The notes under the pieces are model-generated. The model did no database searches. It was not told the DNA's origin and saw only the letters and a program-made list of their open reading frames with translations. Positions 27,561 to 38,916 of a stretch of 64,000 nt of DNA are shown one piece after another (the first letter of the stretch is position 1; each line of letters opens with the position of its first letter). The stretch spans positions 10,519,859-10,583,858 of the forward strand of contig NC_134036.1 of the NCBI RefSeq assembly GCF_964204645.1, in the 5' to 3' direction. The translations under genes were made by a program, and so were the position numbers. The stretch comes from Tubulanus polymorphus. Its lineage: Eukaryota; Animalia; Nemertea.

Positions 27561-27606
27561 TTATTTCTGAAGATGACTATTAGGACATAGACGAAACGTT
27601 GAATAA
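27561..27606 (+). ncRNA. Minimal type I hammerhead-ribozyme-like motif (Penelope-like repeat remnant)
   Basis: TTATTT-CTGAAGA-TG-a-CTAT..ATAG-a-C-GAAA-CGTT-GAATAA: core CUGANGA/GAAA, stems I and II, palindromic ACGT stem III. Confidence 0.55.
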
Positions 27607-27609
27607 ACT

Positions 27610-28188
27610 AGTAATAGGGGTTTAGTTGTTTCAGATCAAAGGTCGAACGGTCGAGCTCATTAAAAAACAAAATATTAAAAGTAATTAAAAAACTATAATA
27701 TATTTTCATAACCGCGTTCATTTTATATCAAAACTAAATATTTATTATAAGATATTAATAATATAAAAAGCATATTGTATTAAATCAATTGGTCGCTCCG
27801 CTTCGCTATCGCTCCGCTCCACGACCAATTGATTTAATTACAATACACAAATTTAAATAATCAAATATATTCAAATGATAATAATTATTCTATTATTCAA
27901 CCGAAATACACGCGGTTATGAAAATATATTATAGTTTTTTAATTACTTTTAATATTTTGTTTTTTAATGAGCTCGATCATTAAACCTTTAACCCGAAACA
28001 ACTAAACCCCTATTACTCTTAAAATATTCACATATATATGAATAACATTTAAATCATTGAACTTCTAAAATCAATTTTAATAAAAAATATAGTATTAAAA
28101 TGGAAGCAAATAAATACTACTGCCCAACATGTAATATCGATATAGACAAGTCTCAAAAAGCAAGACACAATAAAACTATAACACATTT
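27610..28188 (+). repeat. Left TIR of the Polinton (579 bp), includes the first ~29 codons of polB
   Basis: Reverse complement of 47037-47615; only two mismatches noticed by eye, both in the central GC-rich loop. Confidence 0.95.
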
Positions 28189-31100
28189 AGAGAATAAATT
28201 GAAACTAGAGTATAAGGATGATATATTAGAAACTAAATTAGAAGAATTAAAGAATGAAAAAGAAACATACAAATGTGTTACATGTAATCAATCATTCAGT
28301 GATAAAAGATATTATAAAGAACATTTAAAATCTATAAGTCATATTAGAAATAAGAATAATGATATTTTAGGTGAAGATTATTTTGATAATGATAACGATA
28401 AGAAACAGAAGACAATTAAAAGAATAAAAAATAAATTAAACAATAAAAGACCATACATGGAAGATGTAAGAAATTATATTAATTCATTAGATAATAAAAA
28501 AGATATAGAGATAACCGAAGCATTTAAAAGTGATATTGGTCCAGCAGCTATCGAGTTTAAATTTCATAAAGGTAAAACATTAGAAGAAAATAAAAAACAT
28601 TTAGAAAATATGAAAGAAATAATAAAAATAATTACAGATGTTGAATATCCTAAAATAAGTATATCAGTTAAAGTTAAATTCATAAAATCTGAAGATAAAC
28701 CAATATATAATATAAATTCTCATTCACAACATATTATATCTAAACAACATATAGATGATAAATTAAATAAATGTTATAATGAAATAAAAACTAAAATAGA
28801 AGAGAAATATTTTGAAGGATCTGGTTTAATATTTGATGAAATAATATTTATGACTTTACATGTTTATAACACAAAATATAATAAGTTAACTAAATCAAAA
28901 CCAATTGATGAAAATAACTTATCATATAATAAAGAACCAGATATTGATGCATCAAGTTATATTAAACTACCATTTAAAACTAATGCTGTAATAAATATAC
29001 AAAATGAAGATGATAAATGTTTTCTATGGGCTATAATAAGTTGTTTACATCCTGCAACTTATAATATTTGTAGATTAACTCATTATAAACCATTTGAAAA
29101 TAATTATAAGATAGATAAGTATCCTGTTAGAATTAAAAATATTCCAAAAATAGAAAGAGATAATAATATAAAGATAAATGTATTTGATTTAATTAAATTA
29201 CCAAATACAAAAGGAAATAATATTAAACATTATACATTAGAACCTTTATACCTATCAAAAGATTATGATTCAAATGATGTTATAGATATACTATATTATG
29301 AGAATCATTATATGTGGATTAAAAGAATTGATTTATTTTTCAAATCAGAAAATGATTTTGATAATAAAATATATCTATGTAGAAAATGTTTACATAAATT
29401 CAGAACTGAAGGTGCATTATTAAATCATAAACAATTATGTGATAATCATGATTATTGTAAATTAGTTTTACCAAATGAAAAAGATAAAATATTAGAATTC
29501 AAAAAATATGATTACAAAAATAAAGTACCATTTGTAATATATGGAGATTTTGAATCATTAAATAAAGAATTAACAGATAAAGATAGAAAAGATATATATT
29601 ATAAAAGAAAGAAATTAAATTCTAATGAAAGTGATTATTCAGAAGAACCACCAATAACAAATACTATTAAAAAGATTCATCAATCAGCTGCTGCTTTCGG
29701 GTTATATATAAAATCTGATTATCCAGAACTAATTGAAAGTGAATATTATCATTATAGAAATGAAAATGTTATCAATCATTTTTGTGACTTATTAATTGAA
29801 TATGAAATAAGATTTAGTAAATTATTGAATACAAATAAAGAAATAATTATGACAGAAGAAGATAAAGAAGTATTTGAGTTTACAGATAAATGTTATTATT
29901 GTGAAAAGATATTTAATTATAAAGATAAAAAAGTAAGAGACCATGATCATTTGAATGGAAAGTTTAGAGGCGCTGCACATGAGAATTGTAACTTACAAGC
30001 TAAGAAAATTAACTTTGTACCAGTTATATTTCATAACCTATCAGGATATGATGCACATTTATTTATCAAACAGCTATGCCATAAAATAGAAGAAATCAAT
30101 AATGAAATAGAAATATTAAATTCAAATAGATCAAAAGATAAAATACCAACTTATAAATTTAGAATGTTAGCTAAAACATCTGAGAATTATATATCATTCC
30201 AATTTGGTTGTTTAAGATTTATAGATTCATATAGATTTTTAAATAGTTCATTAGATAACTTATCAAAATCATTAGTTGATGATGAATTAAAGATATTAAA
30301 AGAATATTACCCAAATTATGATGATTTTAAATTAATGAGATATAAAGGAGCGATTCCATATTCTTTCTATAAAAATCATAATGATTTTAAAATAACTGAA
30401 TTATTGAAAGAACAATTCTATGATGAATTAAAAAATGAATATGTTAAAGATGAAGTTTATAATAGAACATTGAATATTTGGAATCATTTTGAAATTAAAA
30501 ATCATGGACAATTAGTAGATTTATATTTAAAATCAGATGTATTATTATTAACCGATATATTCGAAAGGTTTAGAGATGTAAACCTAAAATATTTTAACAT
30601 TGATCCATGTCATTGTTATTCATCACCAGGATTAACATGGGATTGTGGATTAAAATTTACAGATATAAAAATGGATTTGTTAACAAATATAGATCAATTA
30701 CTATTATTTGAAAAATCTATAAGAGGAGGTGTTTCAGGTGTATTGGGTGATAGATATTTCAATGTAAATGATAATCCTGGATATAAATTATTATACATAG
30801 ATGCAAATAATCTTTATGGTTGGGCAATGATGGAACCACAACCTTATGGGATGTTTGAAATAACTGAAGTTTTACAAATTGATAAATTTGATTGGAAGAA
30901 AAGAATCCTAGATATTGCAGATGATTCAGATATTGGTTACTTCTTTGTTGTAGATTTAGAATACCCCGAAAATATTAAATTCAAATCTAGAAATCTAGCA
31001 TATTGTCCCGAACATAAAATTGTTAAACATGAAGAATTATCAAATTATCAAAAAAGAATTAAACCCGATAACCATATTCATACAGAAAAGTTAATGGTAA

Positions 31101-32125
31101 CTCAAGAAGATAAATATAATTATGTTGTGCATTATAGAATGTTAAAATTCTATTTGAATCAAGGAATGATATTTAAAAAAGTACATAGATATATTTCATT
31201 TAATCAATCTAAGTGGTTAGAAAAATATATAGATTTTAATACTACACAGAGAACTAAATCTAAAACTGATTTTGAAAAAGATTATTTTAAACTAATGAAC
31301 AATGCGTTCTATGGTAAGACTTGTGAAAACATAAGAAATAGAAGTGATATTGAGTTAGTTAGTAATTGTAAAAGAATTAGACATTTACAATCGTATCCGA
31401 AATTCATAGGTAACAGAATATTTGATGAAAATTTAGCAGCAGTTAAAATGAGAAGAACAAGTATGAAATTTAATAAACCAATTTATGTTGGTGCATCGGT
31501 TTTAGAGTTATCAAAGCTATTGATGTATAAATTTTATTATAACATATTACAACCCCATTTTGGAGAAAAAAATATAGAAATATTATATCTAGATACTGAC
31601 AGTTATATATTAAAGATAAAAAGTGATAATATAAATGATGATTTAAAAATATTAAAATACCATTTTGATTTTAGTAACTATCCAAAAAATCATGAATTGT
31701 TTAGCAATGATAATAAAAAAGTTCCAGGGAAGTTTAAAGATGAATTAGGTGGTGAAGAAATGATAGAGTTCATTGGTATTAGATCTAAAATGTATAGTTA
31801 TAAAACTAAAGAACATGAAGCTAAAAAGTTAAAAGGAATAACTAAAAGTGTAGTAGAAAAGAATATTCATTTCAAAGATTACATCAATTGAATATTTAAT
31901 GAAGAAGTTAGAAAGCATAAAATGAAATGTTTAAGATCTGAAGATCATGAAATGTATATTGAAGAGATAGAGAAGATAAGTCTAAACCCATTTGATGATA
32001 AAAGATATATTTTAGATGATGGAATCCACACAGTCGCCTATGGTTGCAATTTAGATGAATATATAAAATTCAAAAGAGAAGAAACAAAAGAAAATGAAAT
32101 TATGAAAAGGATTCTAACGTGTTAA
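28100..32125 (+). CDS. polB: Protein-primed family B DNA polymerase with N-terminal C2H2 fingers and an endonuclease-VII-like insertion; premature TGA at 31889-31891
   Basis: Exo motifs YGDFES, FHNLSGYD, YLKSDV; polymerase motifs YIDANNLYG, KLMNNAFYGK, YLDTDS; CYYC..RDHDH..GKFRGAAH..CN; ORF 31922-32125 continues in the same frame after a single stop. Confidence 0.95.
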
Positions 32126-32153
32126 TCAATTTCAATAAAAATTTGTATAATAA

Positions 32154-32495
32154 ATGGAGAGTAAACAAGTACACAATGAATTCTTAGATAGAATTAAAGA
32201 TACCACAAATGTAAAATCTGTAGATTATAAATTCAAAAAGTTAACAGAATTAACAATTCACAAGAAATATTTAATTACAAATATTGTTACAGTTACTAAC
32301 AAATATGGAGATAAATTAGTTATACACTTAGAATATGAAGGATTAAAAGGAAATAAATATAAATTCAGAACTTATTTACCAGATAGATTTCATAGATTAT
32401 CAAGTGAAGATCTAGAAGAATTATGTTCTGGAGATTTCTATTTCGTATACAAAGGTAAGAATGAAAAAGGACACCATGAAATAGATTACGAATAA
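32154..32495 (+). CDS. Polinton small protein (113 aa), possibly OB-fold/ssDNA-binding
   Basis: Intact ORF directly after polB, TAAATG start, beta-strand-like pattern (TNKYGDKLVIHL..YLPDRF); function is a guess. Confidence 0.6.
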   Translation: MESKQVHNEFLDRIKDTTNVKSVDYKFKKLTELTIHKKYLITNIVTVTNKYGDKLVIHLEYEGLKGNKYKFRTYLPDRFHRLSSEDLEELCSGDFYFVYKGKNEKGHHEIDYE

Positions 32496-32512
32496 GAAAA
32501 TATGTAAAATAA

Positions 32513-33271
32513 ATGGCGGAATTAAAAGAATACAGAATATTTGTTGATTCTAGAAGGCTTACAAATTATAAATCACATAATTTACTAGTACAATTAGACA
32601 GAGAATTTAAGAATTGTGTAGATTTAAAATTAGTAAATATAAGTTTATGTAATTCTTTTTACAATGTATCGGATAAGTCTATTGAACATAGAGTCTTTTT
32701 AATTTATGATAGAAATAAAAGTAAATGGTTTCATCTTTATCTTAAACCAGGATTATATAATTTAGAAACATTAGCTCAAGAAATTAATAGAAGAGCTCGG
32801 TTGAAAATGGGTCCATCTGCTGGATTTGGATTAAGACTGATTAAAAGTGATAGTTCTGATAAAATAAGAATAAAATTAGGTAATGAAGATCAACATCAAT
32901 TTCTAGTTAAAAAACCCTTAGCTAAAATTTTAGGAATAACCCCAGATGTAAGGATACGCAATGCTGATGCTACACCAAATATAATGCCTTTTACACATTT
33001 TTATATTTATTGCAATTTAATCGATCCTACAAAAACATTTGAAGCAACTAAAGATATAACTTGTAATTCTGGTTTACTAAACATTTTACCATTGAAGAAT
33101 GTTAAAGAATTTGGAACGCAAATAAATTATAATTTAACAGAATGTGATTTCAAACCATGCATTCCTCGTTTTAATAATTTTAGATTAGAAATTAGAAATC
33201 ATAATGGATACTTAATTGATTTAAATAACTTTCCTGTAATTTATGAATTAGTTATAAGATGTAAAGAGTAA
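32513..33271 (+). CDS. Minor capsid protein (penton, single jelly-roll)
   Basis: 252 aa; N-terminal IFVDSR and C-terminal FRLEIRNHNGYLIDLNNFPVIYELVI strands typical of polinton/virophage pentons; FYIYCNLI motif. Confidence 0.8.
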   Translation: MAELKEYRIFVDSRRLTNYKSHNLLVQLDREFKNCVDLKLVNISLCNSFYNVSDKSIEHRVFLIYDRNKSKWFHLYLKPGLYNLETLAQEINRRARLKMGPSAGFGLRLIKSDSSDKIRIKLGNEDQHQFLVKKPLAKILGITPDVRIRNADATPNIMPFTHFYIYCNLIDPTKTFEATKDITCNSGLLNILPLKNVKEFGTQINYNLTECDFKPCIPRFNNFRLEIRNHNGYLIDLNNFPVIYELVIRCKE

Positions 33272-33287
33272 TTTTTCACCTATATAA

Positions 33288-33629
33288 ATGAATATAACTG
33301 TTGGACCGAGTATATGTTTTGGGTTTGATTTTAAACATGGTAAAGAAATGAGAATTAAACTAAATGATGTAATTACTGATATAAAAAGTAAATCATTTAA
33401 CAATGTGTCAATGATTGATAAAGAAAATTATAATATAGAAAAAGTCATTGATTTAATTAAATCACCTTTAGAATATTATGAATTAAATGAAGATGGAATT
33501 ATTGATGATATTAAAAACATATTATCCAAAATATATGATAATCATAAAAGTAGTAATGAAATAAATGTTGAATTAATCATAAATAAGTTAACTAAATATT
33601 TTGATGATAGTAATTTTTTTGATAAATAA
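33288..33629 (+). CDS. Polinton hypothetical protein (113 aa)
   Basis: Intact ORF in the tightly packed gene run, TAAATG start. Confidence 0.7.
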   Translation: MNITVGPSICFGFDFKHGKEMRIKLNDVITDIKSKSFNNVSMIDKENYNIEKVIDLIKSPLEYYELNEDGIIDDIKNILSKIYDNHKSSNEINVELIINKLTKYFDDSNFFDK

Positions 33630-33851
33630 ATGAGTGATAATAAGTGGATAATAACTGGATTATATAATGGCGCATTACTATCAGTTGGAACTGTTGGTTA
33701 TTCAATGGTATTAAAAAAAGTATTCAAAATGGGAAGTGTTAATGTTGATAGATTTGATATAAATGATATTTTAAAGTTAACATTAGCAGTTACTTTATCT
33801 AATTTAACTATTGATTATTTGGAAAAACAAAAATATATTCCTCCCATATAA
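33630..33851 (+). CDS. Small hydrophobic/membrane protein (73 aa)
   Basis: Two hydrophobic segments; start abuts the previous stop (TAAATG). Confidence 0.7.
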   Translation: MSDNKWIITGLYNGALLSVGTVGYSMVLKKVFKMGSVNVDRFDINDILKLTLAVTLSNLTIDYLEKQKYIPPI

Positions 33852-33875
33852 ATGCATAATTTTTTTGCTAAATAA

Positions 33876-34298
33876 ATGGCTTCTGCAATTATAACTATTA
33901 TAGGATCGGCAATTGTTAACGCTTTAGCATTTACTGGTGGTGGTTATTTATTTAAACATATTGATAAAAATAGTTCATTAGGAGAACAAAGAAGACATAA
34001 CTTAGCGTTAGAGAAATACAATAAAGCTGCAGAAGAATATAGAGAAAAGAGACAAAACTATATGGATTACATCAATAAAGAATTATATGATCAGAAGATT
34101 TCACACAGAGATTTTCAATCAGTTGATGATGCAATGAGTTTATATAACGCAGTAACAAATAAAGAAAAATTACATCTATACAAACCTAAATTATCAGATT
34201 ATTATACCCCAAGTAAAGAACAACAGAAATATGAAATAATATGGATTTTAGGTGGAACTGTTATTGTTATATTTGTAGCTTATAAGTTTACTAATTAG
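33876..34298 (+). CDS. Membrane protein (140 aa) with hydrophobic ends and a central coiled coil
   Basis: MASAIITIIGSAIVNALAFTGGGYLF... IIWILGGTVIVIFVAY. Confidence 0.75.
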   Translation: MASAIITIIGSAIVNALAFTGGGYLFKHIDKNSSLGEQRRHNLALEKYNKAAEEYREKRQNYMDYINKELYDQKISHRDFQSVDDAMSLYNAVTNKEKLHLYKPKLSDYYTPSKEQQKYEIIWILGGTVIVIFVAYKFTN

Positions 34299-34317
34299 TA
34301 ATTTTTATTCTAAATAA

Positions 34318-34752
34318 ATGGAAGATAAAGTTGATAGTATTGATATTATTCCTCATGATATAAATAAAACTAAATTAAAAATATATTTAGAAAAACAAAT
34401 ATTAGAATTTGAAAGTGACTTAAAGATAAAATAGAAAAAATATTTAAAAAGTAAAATTATATATTATTTGATTATAAGTGGTTCGGTTACAATTAGTTCT
34501 GTAATAACATTTCTAGCAATATTCAGTCCATTAACACCTTTAGCTATATCAATTGGTGTATTAGGATTAAGTTCAAGTGTTTTAACTGGTATAAGTTCAA
34601 AATTAAATATAAAAAGTAATAAAGAAAAAATCAAAACTAATATAAAAGAAATTAATAAATTAAAGAACACACTAGATTATATAATAAGTTTAAATGGTCA
34701 TATAACAGTTGAAGAACAAGATAAATTATTAAAAGAATTAATAAACTATTAA
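34318..34752 (+). pseudogene. Two-TM membrane protein interrupted by an in-frame TAG (34432-34434)
   Basis: TAAATG start at 34318 is in frame with the ORF 34468-34752; hydrophobic hairpin followed by a coiled coil. Confidence 0.75.
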
Positions 34753-34768
34753 TTTTTTAATTATATAA

Positions 34769-36157
34769 ATGGTAGATAGTTTTCCAAAAGCTTTCCGATA
34801 TAATAAATCAATTAAATATAATATTCCAGCAATAGATTTTAATAATGATATTACATATAGAAATGAAGTTTTAGATTCATTAACTAATTTAGAAATTTAT
34901 GTTACTGAAACTAATAATTTTAATGCAAAGATGGAAAATATATTTCATGTATATTTAATTTATTTTAAAAAATTAAAAGATGAAAAACAATGGTTATTAA
35001 AATCTAATATGAAGTATTGGCAGAATCAATTAAATTTTGCTGTTTATTGTGCAACAACAGGTTGTGGAATTAGTTGGAATGATCATTTGAATAATTCTAA
35101 ATATAAATTAATTCAAAGTTTATTTAGATTTCATACATACTTTCAAACCAGAATAATATTAAATGAATTAGAGTGCGCTTTACCAGGATCTAGGTATTTC
35201 AAAGAATTAGATAATAATATTAATTTATCTAAGTTTCATAAAATTTGCAATGAATTTAATATAGATATAAATAATTCTGATTTTAGAATAAAAATTGGAA
35301 CAATAAGATCACTTCCTTGCCCTAAAAAGATTGCAGAATATTGTGCACTTCCCATACCATCGAATAGTTTTTATAATATCTATAATAAAAAATTAGGTTA
35401 TGGTAAAATAGAAACAAAGGATTTAGAAACATTAAATTTCAATAAATTACCGAAATTTTATGATAATTTAAAACAAGAAAACAATAATGGTTGGGTTTAT
35501 TTTCTTTTAGAAAATAGTGAAGGTTTTACAAAATCAGGTATACAAAGAATAAATCAATCTATTAGAACTTATTTGATTTGTATTCTAGGTGCGCAAGTTG
35601 AAACAAGATCACCGATAATTGGAAATTTGAATACATCATTCGATACACAAAAACAGTTTAAAGTTTTATTTGAAGATTCAATTCATAATGATAAAAATAG
35701 ATCGATTCCAGAAAACATTATAAGATATCAAAATTATTTAGATAAATCTCATGTAAGACTAAATTATTGTATAGGCCCTAATCTATTAATTATTTCTAAT
35801 GATTTAGTATTAAAGATGGGAAATATAATTGGTTATAATAATCTAATTAAAACTGCAACAATAAATAATTCATTTGGATTGAATGATATAAATAAAAAGA
35901 TTATTACTGCTCCAAAATTAATGGAAGGTGAAAAAAATAAAAAACACATTCAATCAACAGAAACTAAAACTAAGAATATTAAATTAAATAATGATTCTAA
36001 AATAAAAGATTACAATACATCAGAAAATAATAGAACTGATATAATTCAACATGATATAATTAAAACTGATAATGATAATAAATCACATGAAAATACTAAA
36101 TTAGCTATAACTTGTATAGGAATTGTAATCGGAGGAATATTATATTTTAAATTTTAA
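34769..36157 (+). CDS. Polinton protein of unknown function (462 aa) with C-terminal TM anchor
   Basis: Intact ORF; WQNQLNFAVYCATTGCGIS block; C-terminal LAITCIGIVIGGILYF. Confidence 0.8.
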   Translation: MVDSFPKAFRYNKSIKYNIPAIDFNNDITYRNEVLDSLTNLEIYVTETNNFNAKMENIFHVYLIYFKKLKDEKQWLLKSNMKYWQNQLNFAVYCATTGCGISWNDHLNNSKYKLIQSLFRFHTYFQTRIILNELECALPGSRYFKELDNNINLSKFHKICNEFNIDINNSDFRIKIGTIRSLPCPKKIAEYCALPIPSNSFYNIYNKKLGYGKIETKDLETLNFNKLPKFYDNLKQENNNGWVYFLLENSEGFTKSGIQRINQSIRTYLICILGAQVETRSPIIGNLNTSFDTQKQFKVLFEDSIHNDKNRSIPENIIRYQNYLDKSHVRLNYCIGPNLLIISNDLVLKMGNIIGYNNLIKTATINNSFGLNDINKKIITAPKLMEGEKNKKHIQSTETKTKNIKLNNDSKIKDYNTSENNRTDIIQHDIIKTDNDNKSHENTKLAITCIGIVIGGILYFKF

Positions 36158-36173
36158 TTTTTTTATTATGTAA

Positions 36174-37643
36174 ATGGATGTAGAAGGTGGAGAAGATTAT
36201 GAAATGGGAGAAATGGGAAATGATAATGAAGGATATATTGATGATGATTATAATGATGCAGAAACTAATATTGATAATGATGATGAATCAGCATATAATT
36301 CTAATTTAGCAGATAGTGGTTCTAAAGGTCAATCAACAGATGAATTTGATAGAAGAACTAGATCGAGAATAAATCCTGAAAATGAAAATCCAGATTTAGT
36401 AAAACAAAATTTAGAATATAATGAATTTATGTATGATTTTCAACATGTATTTAAAGATTCTGGATATAATATAAATACCAGAGGCGCTAGACTTTTAGTA
36501 CAAGAATTAAAGTTTTTAGATGGTGAATATTATTATCGTTTGAAAGATGATTACTATATTGATATCTCTTATAAAAAACAAAACAAAATATTAGCAGAAT
36601 CAACTTTGCTTAAGTTTGACTCATTACTATCTAGAATTAAAAGAATAAGAAATAGTAATGAAATAGAAGATGTAACACAAGAAGAAATTATTAAAAATGA
36701 AAGAGTATTTAAACAAAGAATTAATGAATTATTTGAAACAATCGATAATAATTTAGAACCAGAAACAAGTTCTGAACAGAATATAACTTCCAAAACTAGT
36801 AAACTTAAATCAAACACTGAAGTTCAAACTGAAAAACTTTTACCGAATGGATTACTTGATGCAACAGATCAAGAAATAGAAGCTTTAAGTATGTTTTCTA
36901 AAAAAACAATTAGAGAAATAATAAGTATACGAGATGAAGCTGATAAAATTGCTCGCGAAAAACATATTAGATATAATAAAATTAAACCTTTAGAAAATAA
37001 ATTATTTGACACCAGAAAAGAATTAGAACAATTAAAATTAGATAGAGAATTTAAAGTTATTGAAGAAATTGATTTTAAAAAAAGAAATGCATATTTAGAA
37101 AAAGAAATTGATGATTTAGAATATAACATAGAATTTCAGAAAGAAAAAATGAAATTATTATTAAAATCATACGATTATTGTATCAATAGATTAAAAGTTG
37201 TTGTTAAAGAGTTAATACTAAAACCAAATTCTGACATATCACTAAAAGACAGAATAAAATTATTATTTAAGTTTGAAGGAATAACAATTCTTTCAATTCT
37301 AACAGCTGTAACTATGTTATTTACAACAATTGGTTTAGCTATATCAAATGCTTTAAAATCTACTCCTACTCCCAATAAACCAGATAAACCTCCAGGTAAT
37401 AATTCTATACAAGATAAAGTTAAAGATGGTTTAAAGAAATTAGCAAAATATTTATGGGAACTATCAAAGAAATCTGCTGCAGCATTACCAGGAGTTATTG
37501 CATCAATTGTTGGTTTTATATTGAAATCTGCAGGAAACATTATTAACTTTGCTGCTGAACATATTATTTTATTTTTAATTACAGTTGTAAGTGCTATTAT
37601 TTTTGGTTTAGTAAATATGATATCAAAAAATATCAAAAAATAA
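36174..37643 (+). CDS. Acidic/coiled-coil protein (489 aa) with C-terminal TM helices
   Basis: Acidic N-terminus, heptad-rich middle, 2-3 hydrophobic helices at the C-terminus. Confidence 0.8.
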   Translation: MDVEGGEDYEMGEMGNDNEGYIDDDYNDAETNIDNDDESAYNSNLADSGSKGQSTDEFDRRTRSRINPENENPDLVKQNLEYNEFMYDFQHVFKDSGYNINTRGARLLVQELKFLDGEYYYRLKDDYYIDISYKKQNKILAESTLLKFDSLLSRIKRIRNSNEIEDVTQEEIIKNERVFKQRINELFETIDNNLEPETSSEQNITSKTSKLKSNTEVQTEKLLPNGLLDATDQEIEALSMFSKKTIREIISIRDEADKIAREKHIRYNKIKPLENKLFDTRKELEQLKLDREFKVIEEIDFKKRNAYLEKEIDDLEYNIEFQKEKMKLLLKSYDYCINRLKVVVKELILKPNSDISLKDRIKLLFKFEGITILSILTAVTMLFTTIGLAISNALKSTPTPNKPDKPPGNNSIQDKVKDGLKKLAKYLWELSKKSAAALPGVIASIVGFILKSAGNIINFAAEHIILFLITVVSAIIFGLVNMISKNIKK

Positions 37644-37667
37644 ATAATTAATTTTTTTGTTAAATAA

Positions 37668-38916
37668 ATGAGTGGGAGTTATATAAGTCCTTCTAAGATT
37701 TCTAGAATATCTAATGCTATTAAAGCAGAAAGATCACATCATATAATTACTCATAACCCTTCAAATATTAATCCCGATGAAACTTTATACGTTAGAATCC
37801 CTCGATTAACACAAAATACTTTTTACGTTCCAAACAGTATTTATTTATCAGCTGATATAAAAGTAATCGGTAATAATAATAATTATGTCGTTGATAATGT
37901 TGGAAGATATTTGATTAAAAAGTTAACAATAAAGATTGGTCCAGAAACAGTTTTCTCATTAGATGATTATAATTTATTTATGCATTATAAAGATTTATGA
38001 TTAACAAAAGAAAATAGAAATAATATGATATTTCAGGGTATTCAATCAGAAAACCAAAATAAATTAAGATCAGAAGCTAATAGCGCAATATTAACTAATG
38101 ATGTAGATAAATTGATAAAAAGTATATATGGAAGCAAATATAAAATTCCATTAGACTTTGAATTGATAAATAATAATGCACCTTTATATAAATACGCAAT
38201 TCAAGAAGATATTATATTTGAGATAACATTTGCTCCTGTAAATGAAATTGTATTATCTAGCGTTAATAAAGATATGAGTTATAAATTATCGAATATATGT
38301 TTAGAATATGATACAGTAACTGATGAAAATATTGCTAGAACAATTCAAACTCAATACAATCAAGGGTTTTCATTATTATATGATTATATTGATAAATTTA
38401 AAACTGTAACTATTAATGCAAATGATGAAATAATTAATGAGAATATTAACTTTCCTAGAAGATCTATTAAAGGTATATTAATATTTTTTACTATTGGAAC
38501 GTATACTAATGGCGCAATAAATGTTGACAATTATTATAATCCTGAAATAACAAAAGTAGAAATAACTATCGAAGGAATAGCAAATAAAATATTTTGTCAA
38601 GGAATGAGAATGATAGATCAATGGGTAGAAATTAAAAAACATTTTATGAATGAAAAAGTAAAATCATTTGAAAATTGTAACATTAATCAAATTGACTATT
38701 ATACCGGTAATAAATTTGCATTATGGTTAGATTTTAGAACAACAGAAGATAATTCATTACATGGTTCTGGAAAAAAAACTACAGAACACTAAAGATGGAA
38801 TACAATTATTCATGAAAAAGAATAAGGGAATCAAAAATTTTAAAATGCACATTTATATTATATCTGACGCGCAATTATATATTGTAAATTCACAATTAGA
38901 TAGTGTTATGTATTAA
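37668..38916 (+). pseudogene. Major capsid protein (double jelly-roll), disrupted by TGA at 37998-38000 and a +1 frameshift in an A-run near 38775
   Basis: Size (~415 codons), beta-rich sequence and Polinton context; the paralog at 60630-61729 has TGG and an open frame at these positions. Confidence 0.8.

Noticed and set aside
36569-37636. Minus-strand ORFs 36569-36817, 36869-37129 and 37175-37636 (also 38974, 40252, 62098)
   Set aside because: Antisense shadows of AT-rich coding genes, with no motif or TAAATG start
31889-38000. Alternative genetic code (TGA read-through) in the Polinton
   Set aside because: One TGA replaces Trp (TGG in the sister copy) and the other probably Cys; TGA is a genuine stop for ORF 43872-44477; a premature TAG and frameshifts also occur
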